The notes below the pieces were generated by a model, which saw only the letters and a list, made by a program, of their open reading frames with translations, was not told the DNA's origin and did no database searches. 32,000 nt of DNA from Crocosphaera subtropica ATCC 51142. Lineage in GTDB: Bacteria > Cyanobacteriota > Cyanobacteriia > Cyanobacteriales > Microcystaceae. The DNA is taken from the NCBI RefSeq assembly GCF_000017845.1, contig NC_010546.1, positions 2,310,001-2,342,000 on the forward strand, read 5' to 3'. This document shows, piece by piece, positions 15,554-25,266 of this stretch. Position 1 is the first letter of the stretch. Each line of letters starts with the position of its first letter. The translations under genes and the position numbers were made by a program.

Positions 15554-17920
15554 TTAAAACAAATACTCCATCACAGAATTAGGAAATTCATTCATCAAAA
15601 TAGGCAAAATAGGACAAGGGGTTTTTGCTTGTAAATTACTGTTTCCATCTGCTTTAAAAATACTCCAACGAAAGGGCCCTTGTTTAGCGGCAGACATCCA
15701 TAAAAGACGTTTTGGCCGAGTCATAGCAACATATAATAAACGATATTCTTCTGCTTTTTTAAGCTGTTGTGCTTCTTCCCAGGCAGCTTCTGGGTTAGGA
15801 ATGATTAAGGGATCATTTGGGTTAATATAGTTGTGGTGAACGGCAGCACGAATTTGGGCGCGAGACACTTCTGCTAAGGTAAAGTTACCTAAAAATTGGG
15901 CAGAGGTGGGAACCCACGGACTACCGGGTAAAACGTCTTCATGAAGGAAAGGAATAAAGACATAATCCCAGTCTAATCCTTTTGATTTGTGCATGGTAAT
16001 AATGGTCACCTGGTTGGCTCTAGTATAACGTTCTTCGCTATCTTCTTCGACGGGTTCAAACTGTTCTGAATTAATGATTTCTCTGAGAACGGTTAAGACA
16101 TTTTTTAAGGAAAATTTACCGATTAATTCTTGACTAATTCTTTCTGATAGTTTCTGTACGGTTGCAAGTTCTGCCCCGGTATATTTTAAGGTCATTCCTA
16201 AGAAGGGAATGAGTTGATAATCAGGCAATTCTAACTTGGCTTGTAGCAGATTACAACAATAACGACGCGCTTCTAATACTTGTTTTTTTTGTTCAGAAAT
16301 AAGAGGACTGGGATAAAGAAAATTTTCGGGATAGGTAGCTAAAGCATTGAGGTCTTGGGAAGAAATTAAATTGCGCTTTTCTAATATTTCTAAGGCATTT
16401 TTTAAATAGTCTGGAGAATGAGGTCTATCTATGAATTGTAAGAGGGTTAAAATTTCATAAGGAATCTGAGAAAATCTTTCGGACTCTCCCACTTCATAGA
16501 CTCTGATTTTGTGTTTTTTGGGTAAGTCTTTGAGATGTTCTGCTAAGAAACGACCTTGACGATTTTCTCTAACTAAAATAGCTACATTATGGTCAGGATT
16601 TTTGGTTAATAATTCAATAATTCTTTGACGAATTAAGTCAACTGTATGATAAATATCATCAGGACGATAGAGTTCTAATCCTTCCCCAATGGGTTCGGGA
16701 TTGGCATCAGGTTGAGGGTCATTTTTACTCACGGTTTCTATCGTTTGTAAGCGAAAGGGAATGACTTCTTTTTTATCGTCTTCAGTACCAGAAATTAATT
16801 GTTTTTCTTGTTGTTTTTGAGCTTCATATTTCCATTGATGATTAACCCATTGCAAAACAAAGTTAGCTGCTTCTATAATTATCTTACTACTGCGTCCAGC
16901 TTGGGTCATTTCTGCTAATTTATCATCTTCTTTGCACGTCTCACAAAACCAATTAAAATAAACAGGATCAGCCGGGGTAAAAGTAGAGTTGATGGCTTGA
17001 TTGGGATCACCTACACGAATTAAATTACAGTTGGTTTCATTGGTCGCTAAAGCAGAAATAAGTCGCTCTTGTAAGGGACTAGAATCCTGTGCTTCGTCTT
17101 CAAATACCGCAAAGATTTGTTGTTGCCAAATTTGTCTAATTTTTGCATTGTCTAAGACATTTAAGGCTCCTAAAATCATGTCGTCGTAATCAATAAAATC
17201 TAGCGATCGCATCACAAGTTGATACTGTTCATATAACCCTGCTCCAACGGCTAAAATATCATCATGATCCTGAGAATAATGACTTAATTCCCAGACTTTT
17301 TCTGGGGTTAATCCTGAACTTTTGGCTTCTCGTATAATGGTATGGGCAAGCTTCGGTAAAACTTCCGTTCTTAACACCGATTGACGGCGTAATCTTTCCG
17401 TTTCTTCTCCATCAAACTCAGCCCCTTCTAATAATAGTTGATAACGGCGAGGATTGCGAGCAATCCACTTTTCTACGGAACTACGAATAACCCGATGACT
17501 AGGGGTAGGAATAATCACCGTTGATGTGTCTAAATTGAGTTGAGATAAGTCAGGGTGACGAGTGGCAATATTGAGGGCTAAACCGTGTAACGTTTGCACC
17601 ATAAACCCCGTTTGAGGTATCTTTAATTCTTTGAGACGTTCTTTAATTTTGGCTTTAATTCCAGCAGCAGCAGAGCGAGTATAAGTAACAATAATTAACT
17701 GGTTTCTCGGATGAAGTTGATAACGGGCGATTATGATAGCAGCAGCTACGGCCAGACTATGGGATTTACCGGCACCTGGTACTGCAGAAATGGCCATTTT
17801 TCCCCCTTCCCAATACCCTAATTGTTGTTGTCCGGGACGTAAACTATTTCGGAGTTTGTCTAATGTTATGGAGAGGTTTTCAGGAAAAGAATTTGACATT
17901 AAATTAATATTATTTTCCAA
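15554..17920 (-). CDS. UvrD/Rep-family (SF1) ATP-dependent DNA helicase
   Basis: 788 aa. It has Walker A AVPGAGKSH, motif II FEDEAQD, a TMHKSKGLDWDYVF block and motif VI YVAMTRPKRLLW. Confidence 0.85.
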   Translation of the reverse strand: MENNINLMSNSFPENLSITLDKLRNSLRPGQQQLGYWEGGKMAISAVPGAGKSHSLAVAAAIIIARYQLHPRNQLIIVTYTRSAAAGIKAKIKERLKELKIPQTGFMVQTLHGLALNIATRHPDLSQLNLDTSTVIIPTPSHRVIRSSVEKWIARNPRRYQLLLEGAEFDGEETERLRRQSVLRTEVLPKLAHTIIREAKSSGLTPEKVWELSHYSQDHDDILAVGAGLYEQYQLVMRSLDFIDYDDMILGALNVLDNAKIRQIWQQQIFAVFEDEAQDSSPLQERLISALATNETNCNLIRVGDPNQAINSTFTPADPVYFNWFCETCKEDDKLAEMTQAGRSSKIIIEAANFVLQWVNHQWKYEAQKQQEKQLISGTEDDKKEVIPFRLQTIETVSKNDPQPDANPEPIGEGLELYRPDDIYHTVDLIRQRIIELLTKNPDHNVAILVRENRQGRFLAEHLKDLPKKHKIRVYEVGESERFSQIPYEILTLLQFIDRPHSPDYLKNALEILEKRNLISSQDLNALATYPENFLYPSPLISEQKKQVLEARRYCCNLLQAKLELPDYQLIPFLGMTLKYTGAELATVQKLSERISQELIGKFSLKNVLTVLREIINSEQFEPVEEDSEERYTRANQVTIITMHKSKGLDWDYVFIPFLHEDVLPGSPWVPTSAQFLGNFTLAEVSRAQIRAAVHHNYINPNDPLIIPNPEAAWEEAQQLKKAEEYRLLYVAMTRPKRLLWMSAAKQGPFRWSIFKADGNSNLQAKTPCPILPILMNEFPNSVMEYLF

Positions 17921-18013
17921 AAGTTAATTCAGTTAATCAAAACAGCTATTCATACTTTATATTATACTAAACAATAAGAAAGATGAGTCAATAAAGCAAG
18001 TTTGGATTTCAAT

Positions 18014-18022
18014 TGCTATAAT
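18014..18022 (+). promoter_or_regulatory. Extended -10 element TGCTATAAT upstream of the 466-aa binding-protein gene
   Basis: TGnTATAAT is read directly from the sequence. It ends 36 nt before the ATG at 18059. There is no good -35. Confidence 0.3.
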
Positions 18023-18058
18023 TAAACTCAAATCACCATCAATAACTTATATGATTCT

Positions 18059-19459
18059 ATGACCCAAAAAAATGAAACCCCTATTCTCATCTTATCGTTA
18101 ATCATAACTGCTGCCATTGTCGGCGGAGGGTATTGGTATTTTATAGAAAGAAAAGACGGTAATCTAATCACTAATAATAGTGGAGATCAAGGACAAATAA
18201 CTAATAATCAATCTAGTATGAGTACAGGGGGTGAGTTATTAATTGCTTCTGATAGTACCCCACAAAAAAAAGCAGGAATTACTGCCTTTGAAAAAGGCAA
18301 TTATTCAGAAGCGATCGCTCAATTTCAAACTTCTCTACAACTACAACCCAATGATCCTGAAACTCTCATCTATTTAAACAATGCAAAAGCAGCAACAAAT
18401 AACCCCTTAAAAATTGCTGTCGTAGTTCCCATTGGGGGTAATTTAAACATTGCCAAAGAAATGTTAAGAGGGGTGGCCCAAGTACAAGAAAAAGTCAATG
18501 AAAGGGGTGGAACTAACGGACAATTACTACAAGTTGCCATTGTTAATGATAATAATAATCCTGAAATAGCTGCAAACGTTGCTCAAAAATTAGTACAAGA
18601 TCAAAGTATTTTAGCTGTGGTTGGTCATAATTCCAGTGATGCCACCTTATCTGCCGGTCCTGTGTATCAAAAGGGTGGGTTAGTGATGATTTCACCCACC
18701 AGTGATGCGAAGAAAATATCCACATTAGGGGATTATATTTTTCGTACCGTTCCGAGTATTCGTTTTCAAGGCGATCAACTATCTCGTTACCTTATTAACA
18801 CAACAAATAAATCCAATGTTGCTATCTGTTTCGACTCCAGTGCAGAATATAGTATTTCCTTAAAAGAAGAATTCACCTCAGCTATTTTTGCTGATGGCGG
18901 TAAAATAATAGAAATTAGTTGTGACTTAGCGAATAAAAGTTTAAATCCTTTAGATACAGTTTCCCAAGCTATCGATCAAGGAGCGGATAGTTTATTATTA
19001 ATTCCAACAGTGAATAATATTGGTGCTGCCATTGATGTTGCCCAAGCCAATCAAAATCGTTTATTATTGTTAGGAAGTTCTGCCCTTTATACCTTTGAAA
19101 CCCTCAAAGACGGACAAAAGAGCGTAGAGGGGATGGTGTTAGCGGTTCCTTGGCATCCTGAAGCAGTAGAAGGCAATAGTTTTGTTACCCAAGCCAGACA
19201 ACTATGGGGAGGGGATGTGAACTGGCGGACGGCCGCTGCTTATGATGCAACGATGGCTATTGTTGAGGCGTTAAAACAGGGAAACAGCGATCGCCAAAGT
19301 ATTCAAAATGCCTTATCTAATTCTAATTTTTCCGTTGAAGGGGCTGCAGAAGCCGTGAAATTTTTACCCTCCGGCGATCGCAATGGAGGTTCTATTTTAA
19401 TAACCATTGTTCCTGGGTCAAAAAGCCGTACAGGATTCGATTTTGTGCCTCTCAAATAA
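18059..19459 (+). CDS. Membrane-anchored periplasmic binding protein (LivK/Peripla_BP_6-like) with an N-terminal TPR-like segment
   Basis: 466 aa with an N-terminal TM helix. It has the TPR-like stretch GNYSEAIAQFQTSLQLQPNDPETLIYLNNA. A type-1 PBP-like body follows (KIAVVVPIGGN...AVVGHNSSDATL...VMISPTS). Confidence 0.75.
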   Translation: MTQKNETPILILSLIITAAIVGGGYWYFIERKDGNLITNNSGDQGQITNNQSSMSTGGELLIASDSTPQKKAGITAFEKGNYSEAIAQFQTSLQLQPNDPETLIYLNNAKAATNNPLKIAVVVPIGGNLNIAKEMLRGVAQVQEKVNERGGTNGQLLQVAIVNDNNNPEIAANVAQKLVQDQSILAVVGHNSSDATLSAGPVYQKGGLVMISPTSDAKKISTLGDYIFRTVPSIRFQGDQLSRYLINTTNKSNVAICFDSSAEYSISLKEEFTSAIFADGGKIIEISCDLANKSLNPLDTVSQAIDQGADSLLLIPTVNNIGAAIDVAQANQNRLLLLGSSALYTFETLKDGQKSVEGMVLAVPWHPEAVEGNSFVTQARQLWGGDVNWRTAAAYDATMAIVEALKQGNSDRQSIQNALSNSNFSVEGAAEAVKFLPSGDRNGGSILITIVPGSKSRTGFDFVPLK

Positions 19460-19639
19460 GTTAAGGTAATTTCTATAATTTGCTAATGGTTCGATTTTTT
19501 TGCTATACCAATAGTTGATTCACTAATATAGCAGTTGAAGCATAGGTTATGACAGCCGATATCCTGGAAACTCTCTAAGAGACTAATTTTCCCTCCTGCC
19601 TCCTGCCTTTTGTCTCTTACTATACTTTGAGCATTACCC

Positions 19640-20143
19640 GTGTATTTATTAGCTAAAATTCAAGTCTTATTGTTACCCATTATTATTCTCGTTACCTCTT
19701 GTTTCCCGACTTCTGGTTTGAGTCGTTCTCTTAATACTATTTTAATGGCAAATTCTCAGATTATTACTCAAACTTATATTTCTGATCCCCATCTCAATGA
19801 CTTACTAATTCAAGGGATGGAAAAAGGAATTAAGGGAGATTATCAAGGGGCGATCACTCTTTTTACAGAAGTTCTACAATCTGATCCTAACGAAGTAGAA
19901 GCTTATTACAATCGGGGAATTGCCTACGCTAAAATTAATAATTATCAAGCAGCTTTAGACGATTTTTCTGAAGGTTTAACCCTTAACCAAACCATGCCGG
20001 ATCTCTACATTGAAAGAGCAAAAGTTTATTTACAAATTGGCAATCGTACTGCTGCGATCGCTGATTTAAAACAAGCAAAAACACTCTTGAAACAACAAGG
20101 CCAAACCTCTCGTTACCCAGAAATAGATAATCTTCTCGACTAA
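19640..20143 (+). CDS. TPR-repeat lipoprotein
   Basis: 167 aa with a GTG start. The signal peptide has lipobox-like VTSC. TPR units include GDYQGAITLFTEVLQSDPNEVEAYYNRGIAYAKINNYQAALDDF. Confidence 0.7.
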   Translation: MYLLAKIQVLLLPIIILVTSCFPTSGLSRSLNTILMANSQIITQTYISDPHLNDLLIQGMEKGIKGDYQGAITLFTEVLQSDPNEVEAYYNRGIAYAKINNYQAALDDFSEGLTLNQTMPDLYIERAKVYLQIGNRTAAIADLKQAKTLLKQQGQTSRYPEIDNLLD

Positions 20144-20315
20144 TCTAAAATCTCTTTAGAACACTATAATTTATCTGGTCACCGTTCAGCGATAACAACA
20201 TTTTGTCTAGACAAGGAGAAAATATTTACTAAGCATTTTGACGGAGTTAAGCTACAATGAAGATTCCTATCGAAATATGAAGTTATTTTACAGACCATTA
20301 TAAGGAGTCTCGTGG

Positions 20316-21026
20316 ATGTCAACCCTTGCAACCCCTACCCAAATCTGGAATTCATCTTTTAACCAGCAATCATTGAGAATAGTGGCGTTAGGAGATAGTT
20401 TAGTGTATGGGTATGGTGATCCCGTTGGAGGTGGATGGGTTGAAAGGTTGCGTCGTCAGTGGATGGCACAAGACAATGGTCATGTGTTGTATAATTTGGG
20501 GGTGAGAGGCGATCGCACCCATCAAGTAGCCGAACGGTTAGAAGGAGAATATCGCTATCGGGGAGAGTTACGCAACCGTGTTCCTGACGTAATTATGCTT
20601 TCTGTTGGGGTCAATGATTCGGCGAGGTTGAGACGACCGAATGGGCGTTTATTTACAGATTTTGAAACTTATCAACAGGAAATAGAGAATTTATTAGATA
20701 AAGCGCAGCAATTATGTCCTGTTTATTTTGTAGGTATGGTTCCTGTGGATGAAGCAAAAATGCCTTTTATAGATTGTTTTTATTTTAATCATTTTGATCA
20801 ATATCGTTATAAAGAAGTGACAAAAAAAGCGTGTCAGTCTCGTAATATTCCTTATCTAGATATTTTCGATTTATGGTTAGGAAGAGGCGAAAATTATGTT
20901 AAATCACGGTTAATTAATGATGGTTTACATCCGAATGTTACAGGGTATGAATCCTTGTATGAGGATATTTTAACTTGGCAAAGTTTACAGCAATTAGATA
21001 TGAGTAGTGTATCAGTGATCGTTTAA
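20316..21026 (+). CDS. SGNH/GDSL-family hydrolase
   Basis: 236 aa. It has block I VALGDSLVYGYGD, block III VGVND and block V DGLHPN. SD AAGGAG lies 8 nt upstream. Confidence 0.85.
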   Translation: MSTLATPTQIWNSSFNQQSLRIVALGDSLVYGYGDPVGGGWVERLRRQWMAQDNGHVLYNLGVRGDRTHQVAERLEGEYRYRGELRNRVPDVIMLSVGVNDSARLRRPNGRLFTDFETYQQEIENLLDKAQQLCPVYFVGMVPVDEAKMPFIDCFYFNHFDQYRYKEVTKKACQSRNIPYLDIFDLWLGRGENYVKSRLINDGLHPNVTGYESLYEDILTWQSLQQLDMSSVSVIV

Positions 21027-22441
21027 ATTTTGTGCCAATTAAGACAATTTAATATACTTGATTTAATGGGACGCTTTTCGTCCCAGAAAATCAGAGATGA
21101 GTAAAAATCAATGATTTTAGGAGAATTTAAGATATCCAACATTTTAGTTGCTTCATTTTCTTCTTTAAAACTAATAAAATAAACAGTGTCATCAAACATT
21201 ACTGGTTTATTCTGAATCAAATGAAAAAGTTTAAAATCTAATTTCTTATATAGTCCACAAATAGCAATTTTCCAAGGATAAAAGCTATATTCTCCAATAC
21301 CAAAAATTGAGAATTGAGGATTTTTTTTATATATTCTACTGGCACGCTTGTCTAGGTAACTCGAATGAGATTGTAAATAATTCCATGTTTTAGGGGCTAA
21401 TTCTTTTATTTGATTTGTATCTTCTCCAATAGATTTTTGAGTAATTAATACATAGGTATTTTTTTTAATATTACTATTAGCAACATTTGATCCCTTAACT
21501 AATGGATAAATATAGTCATTTTCTATTTTAACTTCCTCTCCTAAACCATTGATAAAAATGTTGCCTATTTTCTCCAACTCCATAATTTTTGAACAATCAT
21601 GCTTGACACCAGAACGCCATTTTATTTTAGGTTTATTTGTATAGAGATAACTAAGTTTTTCAAATGTTTCACCATCTCTAATCAAACGATTATCAAAATA
21701 AGCAATAGTTGTATATTTAGAGGTATCTAGATTATCAAAAATATTAAAACTATGCTTTTCTCTACCAGGTACAAATTGACAAAATAATAAACAAGCTTCA
21801 ACATTTGCATTAAAATATCTTTTTGTATCTATTCCATAAGTTGAACAGTAAGAGAAATTATATTTTTGTTTAGATAAATAACTAATAATTTTTCTAGCAA
21901 CAGAAGTTTTACAAAGCATAGCTAAATAACCTTGATGATTCTGTAAAAAATCAACGGATTTAATTAACATCCATTCTGATATATCAAAATTACTTTTCCC
22001 TGTTATTGCCTCTAGTCCATTATTTTTTTGAAAATTATTTTTTTTCGGTAAATTGAGTCCTTGTATTCTGCCTAGTTCTGAATTAGTCACCCAAGGAAAA
22101 TTACCCATAATTAGGATATTATCATTTTTATTTGTAATTAATTTACTTAAATCTATTTCAAAAAAATCATGATTTATAATTCTAACTGTATTGGTATTTC
22201 CAAGAAAATTATTATCAAATTGATTGACATAGTTTTTATTTATTTCTATCCCTATAATTTCTTTTGAATCTTTGAAAAGGTGACTAGACGATTTTAGGAA
22301 ATTTCCAACTCCGCAAGTTGGCTCGATAATGATATCAGGACATACATTTAATTCTATTAGCTTATTACATATTTTATCAGTTAGGATCAAAGGAGTTTGG
22401 AAGTCTCCATATTCAATTTTATTTTTAGATTGTTTTTTCAT
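21023..22441 (-). CDS. Gamma-class (TaqI/Eco57I-like) N6-adenine DNA methyltransferase with a C-terminal target-recognition region
   Basis: 472 aa from the ATG at 22441, which lies 2 nt after the upstream gene's stop. Motif order is GDFQTP, then EPTCGVGNFL (motif I), then IMGNFPWV (motif IV position, NFPW instead of NPPY/W). Confidence 0.75.
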   Translation of the reverse strand: MKKQSKNKIEYGDFQTPLILTDKICNKLIELNVCPDIIIEPTCGVGNFLKSSSHLFKDSKEIIGIEINKNYVNQFDNNFLGNTNTVRIINHDFFEIDLSKLITNKNDNILIMGNFPWVTNSELGRIQGLNLPKKNNFQKNNGLEAITGKSNFDISEWMLIKSVDFLQNHQGYLAMLCKTSVARKIISYLSKQKYNFSYCSTYGIDTKRYFNANVEACLLFCQFVPGREKHSFNIFDNLDTSKYTTIAYFDNRLIRDGETFEKLSYLYTNKPKIKWRSGVKHDCSKIMELEKIGNIFINGLGEEVKIENDYIYPLVKGSNVANSNIKKNTYVLITQKSIGEDTNQIKELAPKTWNYLQSHSSYLDKRASRIYKKNPQFSIFGIGEYSFYPWKIAICGLYKKLDFKLFHLIQNKPVMFDDTVYFISFKEENEATKMLDILNSPKIIDFYSSLIFWDEKRPIKSSILNCLNWHKI

Positions 22442-22443
22442 GA

Positions 22444-23103
22444 TTAGTTTGCCCGATAAATGTCTATTAACCCTTCTTCTTGACCAGCAAGGGAAATTAC
22501 TCTTCTGTATTGTAATCGCCATTGTAAAGCATTAGAAATAGTTAAAAAACCTTGTTTGGGAGGATTATGTATGATTTCTTCAGCCAAGTTAGCTGCTTCA
22601 ATTTCATCTACAGGTAGATTTCGATCAAATAGAAAAGCAATTATATCATCTTGATTACCTTCATTATCTAAAATCTGATTAATACCGCGAGTCATCTGAA
22701 AATCGGCTGTTCTTTCTGCACTCACATAGATTGTATTCTGAATATTTAATTGGGCTATTTTTTCCTTGCTATCATCTATTTTATTGTACACAAAAATAAT
22801 AAGCGAATATCCTAGTCCAAAAATTTTTTGTCTAGCAGATTTATAAGGACAAGATGATTGTGGTTGTTTGATACTCGTGACTTTCATATCAACAAGCAAA
22901 TCAGGAAAATCAATTCCACTCGCTGAACTACCTTCAATAAAATCATATTTGCCCTTCAAATATCTCTTAAATTTATGTTCTAAATAAGTTCCGACTGCTT
23001 TGCCGTCGGTTACACCATATAGAGAAGATTCTTTATGTTGAGATTCCGAAATTGAAAATTGTTCAGCTTCAGTACAAAGTATTTTTACAGTTAAAGGTAG
23101 CAT
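22444..23103 (-). CDS. Putative type II restriction endonuclease (family not recognised)
   Basis: 219-aa ORF immediately upstream of, and co-oriented with, the methyltransferase. It has an acidic/lysine cluster GIDFPDLLVDMKVTS reminiscent of PD-(D/E)xK. The call rests mainly on context. Confidence 0.45.
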   Translation of the reverse strand: MLPLTVKILCTEAEQFSISESQHKESSLYGVTDGKAVGTYLEHKFKRYLKGKYDFIEGSSASGIDFPDLLVDMKVTSIKQPQSSCPYKSARQKIFGLGYSLIIFVYNKIDDSKEKIAQLNIQNTIYVSAERTADFQMTRGINQILDNEGNQDDIIAFLFDRNLPVDEIEAANLAEEIIHNPPKQGFLTISNALQWRLQYRRVISLAGQEEGLIDIYRAN

Positions 23104-23299
23104 CTTGATTTAAAAAAAATTTGAGCAGCAAATAATACTAATCAAAATGGATAAATCTTATTTTCCTAGAGTTTAACATAAAAGAATAGTGAGGTACATG
23201 AACTAACATAAAAATAACTTTTCTCTTATTATTACTAAGGTTAACAAGAAAATTTGCTAAAATAATCAAGCAATAAATTGATAAACCATTCAATAAATA

Positions 23300-24691
23300 A
23301 TGCAAACCAAACGAGTTAGAGACATCTTACGCCACGGAAAACCCGATGAAACCGTTACGATTCAAGGATGGGTACGCACGAAACGGGAACTAAAAGAATT
23401 TGCGTTTATGGAAGTTAATGACGGTTCGTCCCTCAACAGTTTACAGGTGGTTCTCGATGAAAGTGTCCCCAACTATCAAGATGCTCTCAAACTCCTTAAT
23501 ACAGGAGCTTCTGTGGAAGTTTCAGGAACCCTGGTACAATCCCCCGGAAAGGGCCAAAACATCGAGTTAAAGGCTGCTAAAGTGCAGGTATATGGCACAT
23601 CTGACCCCGAAACCTATCCCCTCCAGAAAAAACGCCATTCCTTTGAATTTTTACGCACTATTGGACATCTGCGATCGCGTACCAATACGTTAGGGGCGGT
23701 TATGCGCGTGAGAAATGCTTGTGCAACGGCTATTCATAAATTTTTTCAAGAACGGGATTTTATTTGGATTCATACCCCCATTATTACCGCTAGTGACTGC
23801 GAAGGGGCAGGGGAATTATTCACCGTAACGAATTTTGATTTAGGTAAAGTTCCTCTCGATAAACAACAAAAAATAGACTACACTCAAGACTTTTTTGGTA
23901 AGCAAGCTTATTTAACCGTAAGTGGACAATTAGAAGCAGAAGTCATGGCCATGGCCTTTCAAAATGTTTATACCTTTGGGCCTACCTTTCGGGCAGAAAA
24001 TTCTAACACCTCTCGTCATTTAGCTGAGTTTTGGATGGTAGAACCAGAAATGGCCTTTTGTGATATTGAAGGAGATCAAGACTTAGCCGAAGAATTCTTA
24101 AAATATATTTTTAAATATGTCTTAAAAACTTGTCCCGAAGACATGGAATTTTTTAATAAGCGTATTGATAAATCGGTGTTGGAAACAGCAGACAATATCA
24201 TTAACAATGAATTTGAAAGAATTACTTACACCAAAGCGATAGAGTTACTTGAAAAGTCTAATAAAAAGTTTGAATATGCTGTGGAGTGGGGCATTGACTT
24301 ACAATCCGAACATGAGCGATATTTAGCGGAAGAATTGTTTAAAAAGCCTTTAATTGTCACTAATTATCCCACAGGAATTAAAGCGTTTTATATGCGTTTA
24401 AATGATGATAATAAAACGGTTGCTGCGATGGATGTTTTAGCCCCGAAAATTGGGGAAATTATCGGCGGTTCCCAACGGGAAGAAAGACTGGATATATTAG
24501 AAAAACGGATTAATGAAATGGGTATTATTCCCGATGATTTGTGGTGGTATTTAGACCTCAGAAGATATGGAACCGTCCCCCATGCCGGATTTGGTTTAGG
24601 CTTTGAAAGAGTCGTCCAATTTATGACAGGAATGGCTAATATTCGGGATGTAATTCCTTTCCCTCGTACCCCCTTAAGTGCAGAGTTTTAA
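23300..24691 (+). CDS. asnS: Asparagine--tRNA ligase
   Basis: 463 aa. It has an OB-fold N-terminus (GWVRTKRE), class II motifs [17 protein letters not shown] and GFGLGFERV, and the C-terminus IPFPRTP. Confidence 0.95.
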   Translation: MQTKRVRDILRHGKPDETVTIQGWVRTKRELKEFAFMEVNDGSSLNSLQVVLDESVPNYQDALKLLNTGASVEVSGTLVQSPGKGQNIELKAAKVQVYGTSDPETYPLQKKRHSFEFLRTIGHLRSRTNTLGAVMRVRNACATAIHKFFQERDFIWIHTPIITASDCEGAGELFTVTNFDLGKVPLDKQQKIDYTQDFFGKQAYLTVSGQLEAEVMAMAFQNVYTFGPTFRAENSNTSRHLAEFWMVEPEMAFCDIEGDQDLAEEFLKYIFKYVLKTCPEDMEFFNKRIDKSVLETADNIINNEFERITYTKAIELLEKSNKKFEYAVEWGIDLQSEHERYLAEELFKKPLIVTNYPTGIKAFYMRLNDDNKTVAAMDVLAPKIGEIIGGSQREERLDILEKRINEMGIIPDDLWWYLDLRRYGTVPHAGFGLGFERVVQFMTGMANIRDVIPFPRTPLSAEF

Positions 24692-24700
24692 ACCATATTT

Positions 24701-24728
24701 GTAGGAGTTAGCAGCCGTTAACCCCTAC
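24701..24728 (+). terminator. GTAGG...CCTAC hairpin 3' of asnS
   Basis: gtaggagttagc (24701-24712) pairs with gttaacccctac (24717-24728), with one mismatch, one G-U pair and a 4-nt loop. It lies 10 nt after the asnS stop. Confidence 0.4.
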
Positions 24729-24761
24729 CCTCAAAAAACTCCATTGATTCTCAAAAAAAAT

Positions 24762-25136
24762 ATGTCCATAGAAACCACAATTTCCGAGTATTATAATAGT
24801 TTAGCAGCCATGAATCCTCAAGGTTGGTTAGACAGTTTAGCTGAAGATGCAGCTATTTATGATCCCGTCGGTAAACCTGCTTTAAACCCCGAAAAAGATT
24901 CAGAAAAATTGTTCACTATTCTTACTAAGTTTTATAGTAAATTTGAGATAGAAAGAGAATCTTTATTTATCGTTAATCATGAAGCTGCGGTAAAATGGAA
25001 AATGACCGTTATTTCTAAGAATGGGAAAGAAGCAAACGCCGAAGGTATTACTACCTTTAAACTCAATGAAGCAGGGAAAATTACAGAAGTTAAAGCTTAT
25101 TGGGACGAAAACCAATTGAAATCACAATTAATGTAG
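24762..25136 (+). CDS. SnoaL/NTF2-like small protein
   Basis: About 124 aa from the ATG at 24762. The pattern EYYNSLAAMNPQGWLDSLAEDAAIYDPVG...AVKWKMT...EG.TTFKLNEAGKITEVKAYWD is typical of the NTF2-like fold. Confidence 0.6.
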   Translation: MSIETTISEYYNSLAAMNPQGWLDSLAEDAAIYDPVGKPALNPEKDSEKLFTILTKFYSKFEIERESLFIVNHEAAVKWKMTVISKNGKEANAEGITTFKLNEAGKITEVKAYWDENQLKSQLM

Positions 25137-25149
25137 GAGAAACCAACAA

Positions 25150-25266
25150 ATGACAGAACCTCAAAAAGAAAAAAATATCATTCCTATTAGTCCACAAACA
25201 GCCGTGTTAATTATTAGTTTACTCATTTTATTACCCTTATTATTAACTGGATTTTTTGCTCATTAA
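25150..25266 (+). CDS. Candidate 38-aa single-pass membrane peptide
   Basis: The ATG lies 10 nt after AGGAG (25135-25139). The translation is MTEPQKEKNIIPISPQTAVLIISLLILLPLLLTGFFAH*. Its last 24 nt overlap the 3' end of the convergent ATPase gene. Confidence 0.3.
   Translation: MTEPQKEKNIIPISPQTAVLIISLLILLPLLLTGFFAH

Noticed and set aside
22442-22522. An N-terminal extension of the methyltransferase ORF (MAITIQKSNFPCWSRRRVNRHLSGKLI...).
   Set aside because: The extension overlaps the 3' end of the upstream nuclease-like gene. The internal ATG at 22441 lies 2 nt after that gene's stop and directly precedes the conserved GDFQTP region, so it is the more plausible start.
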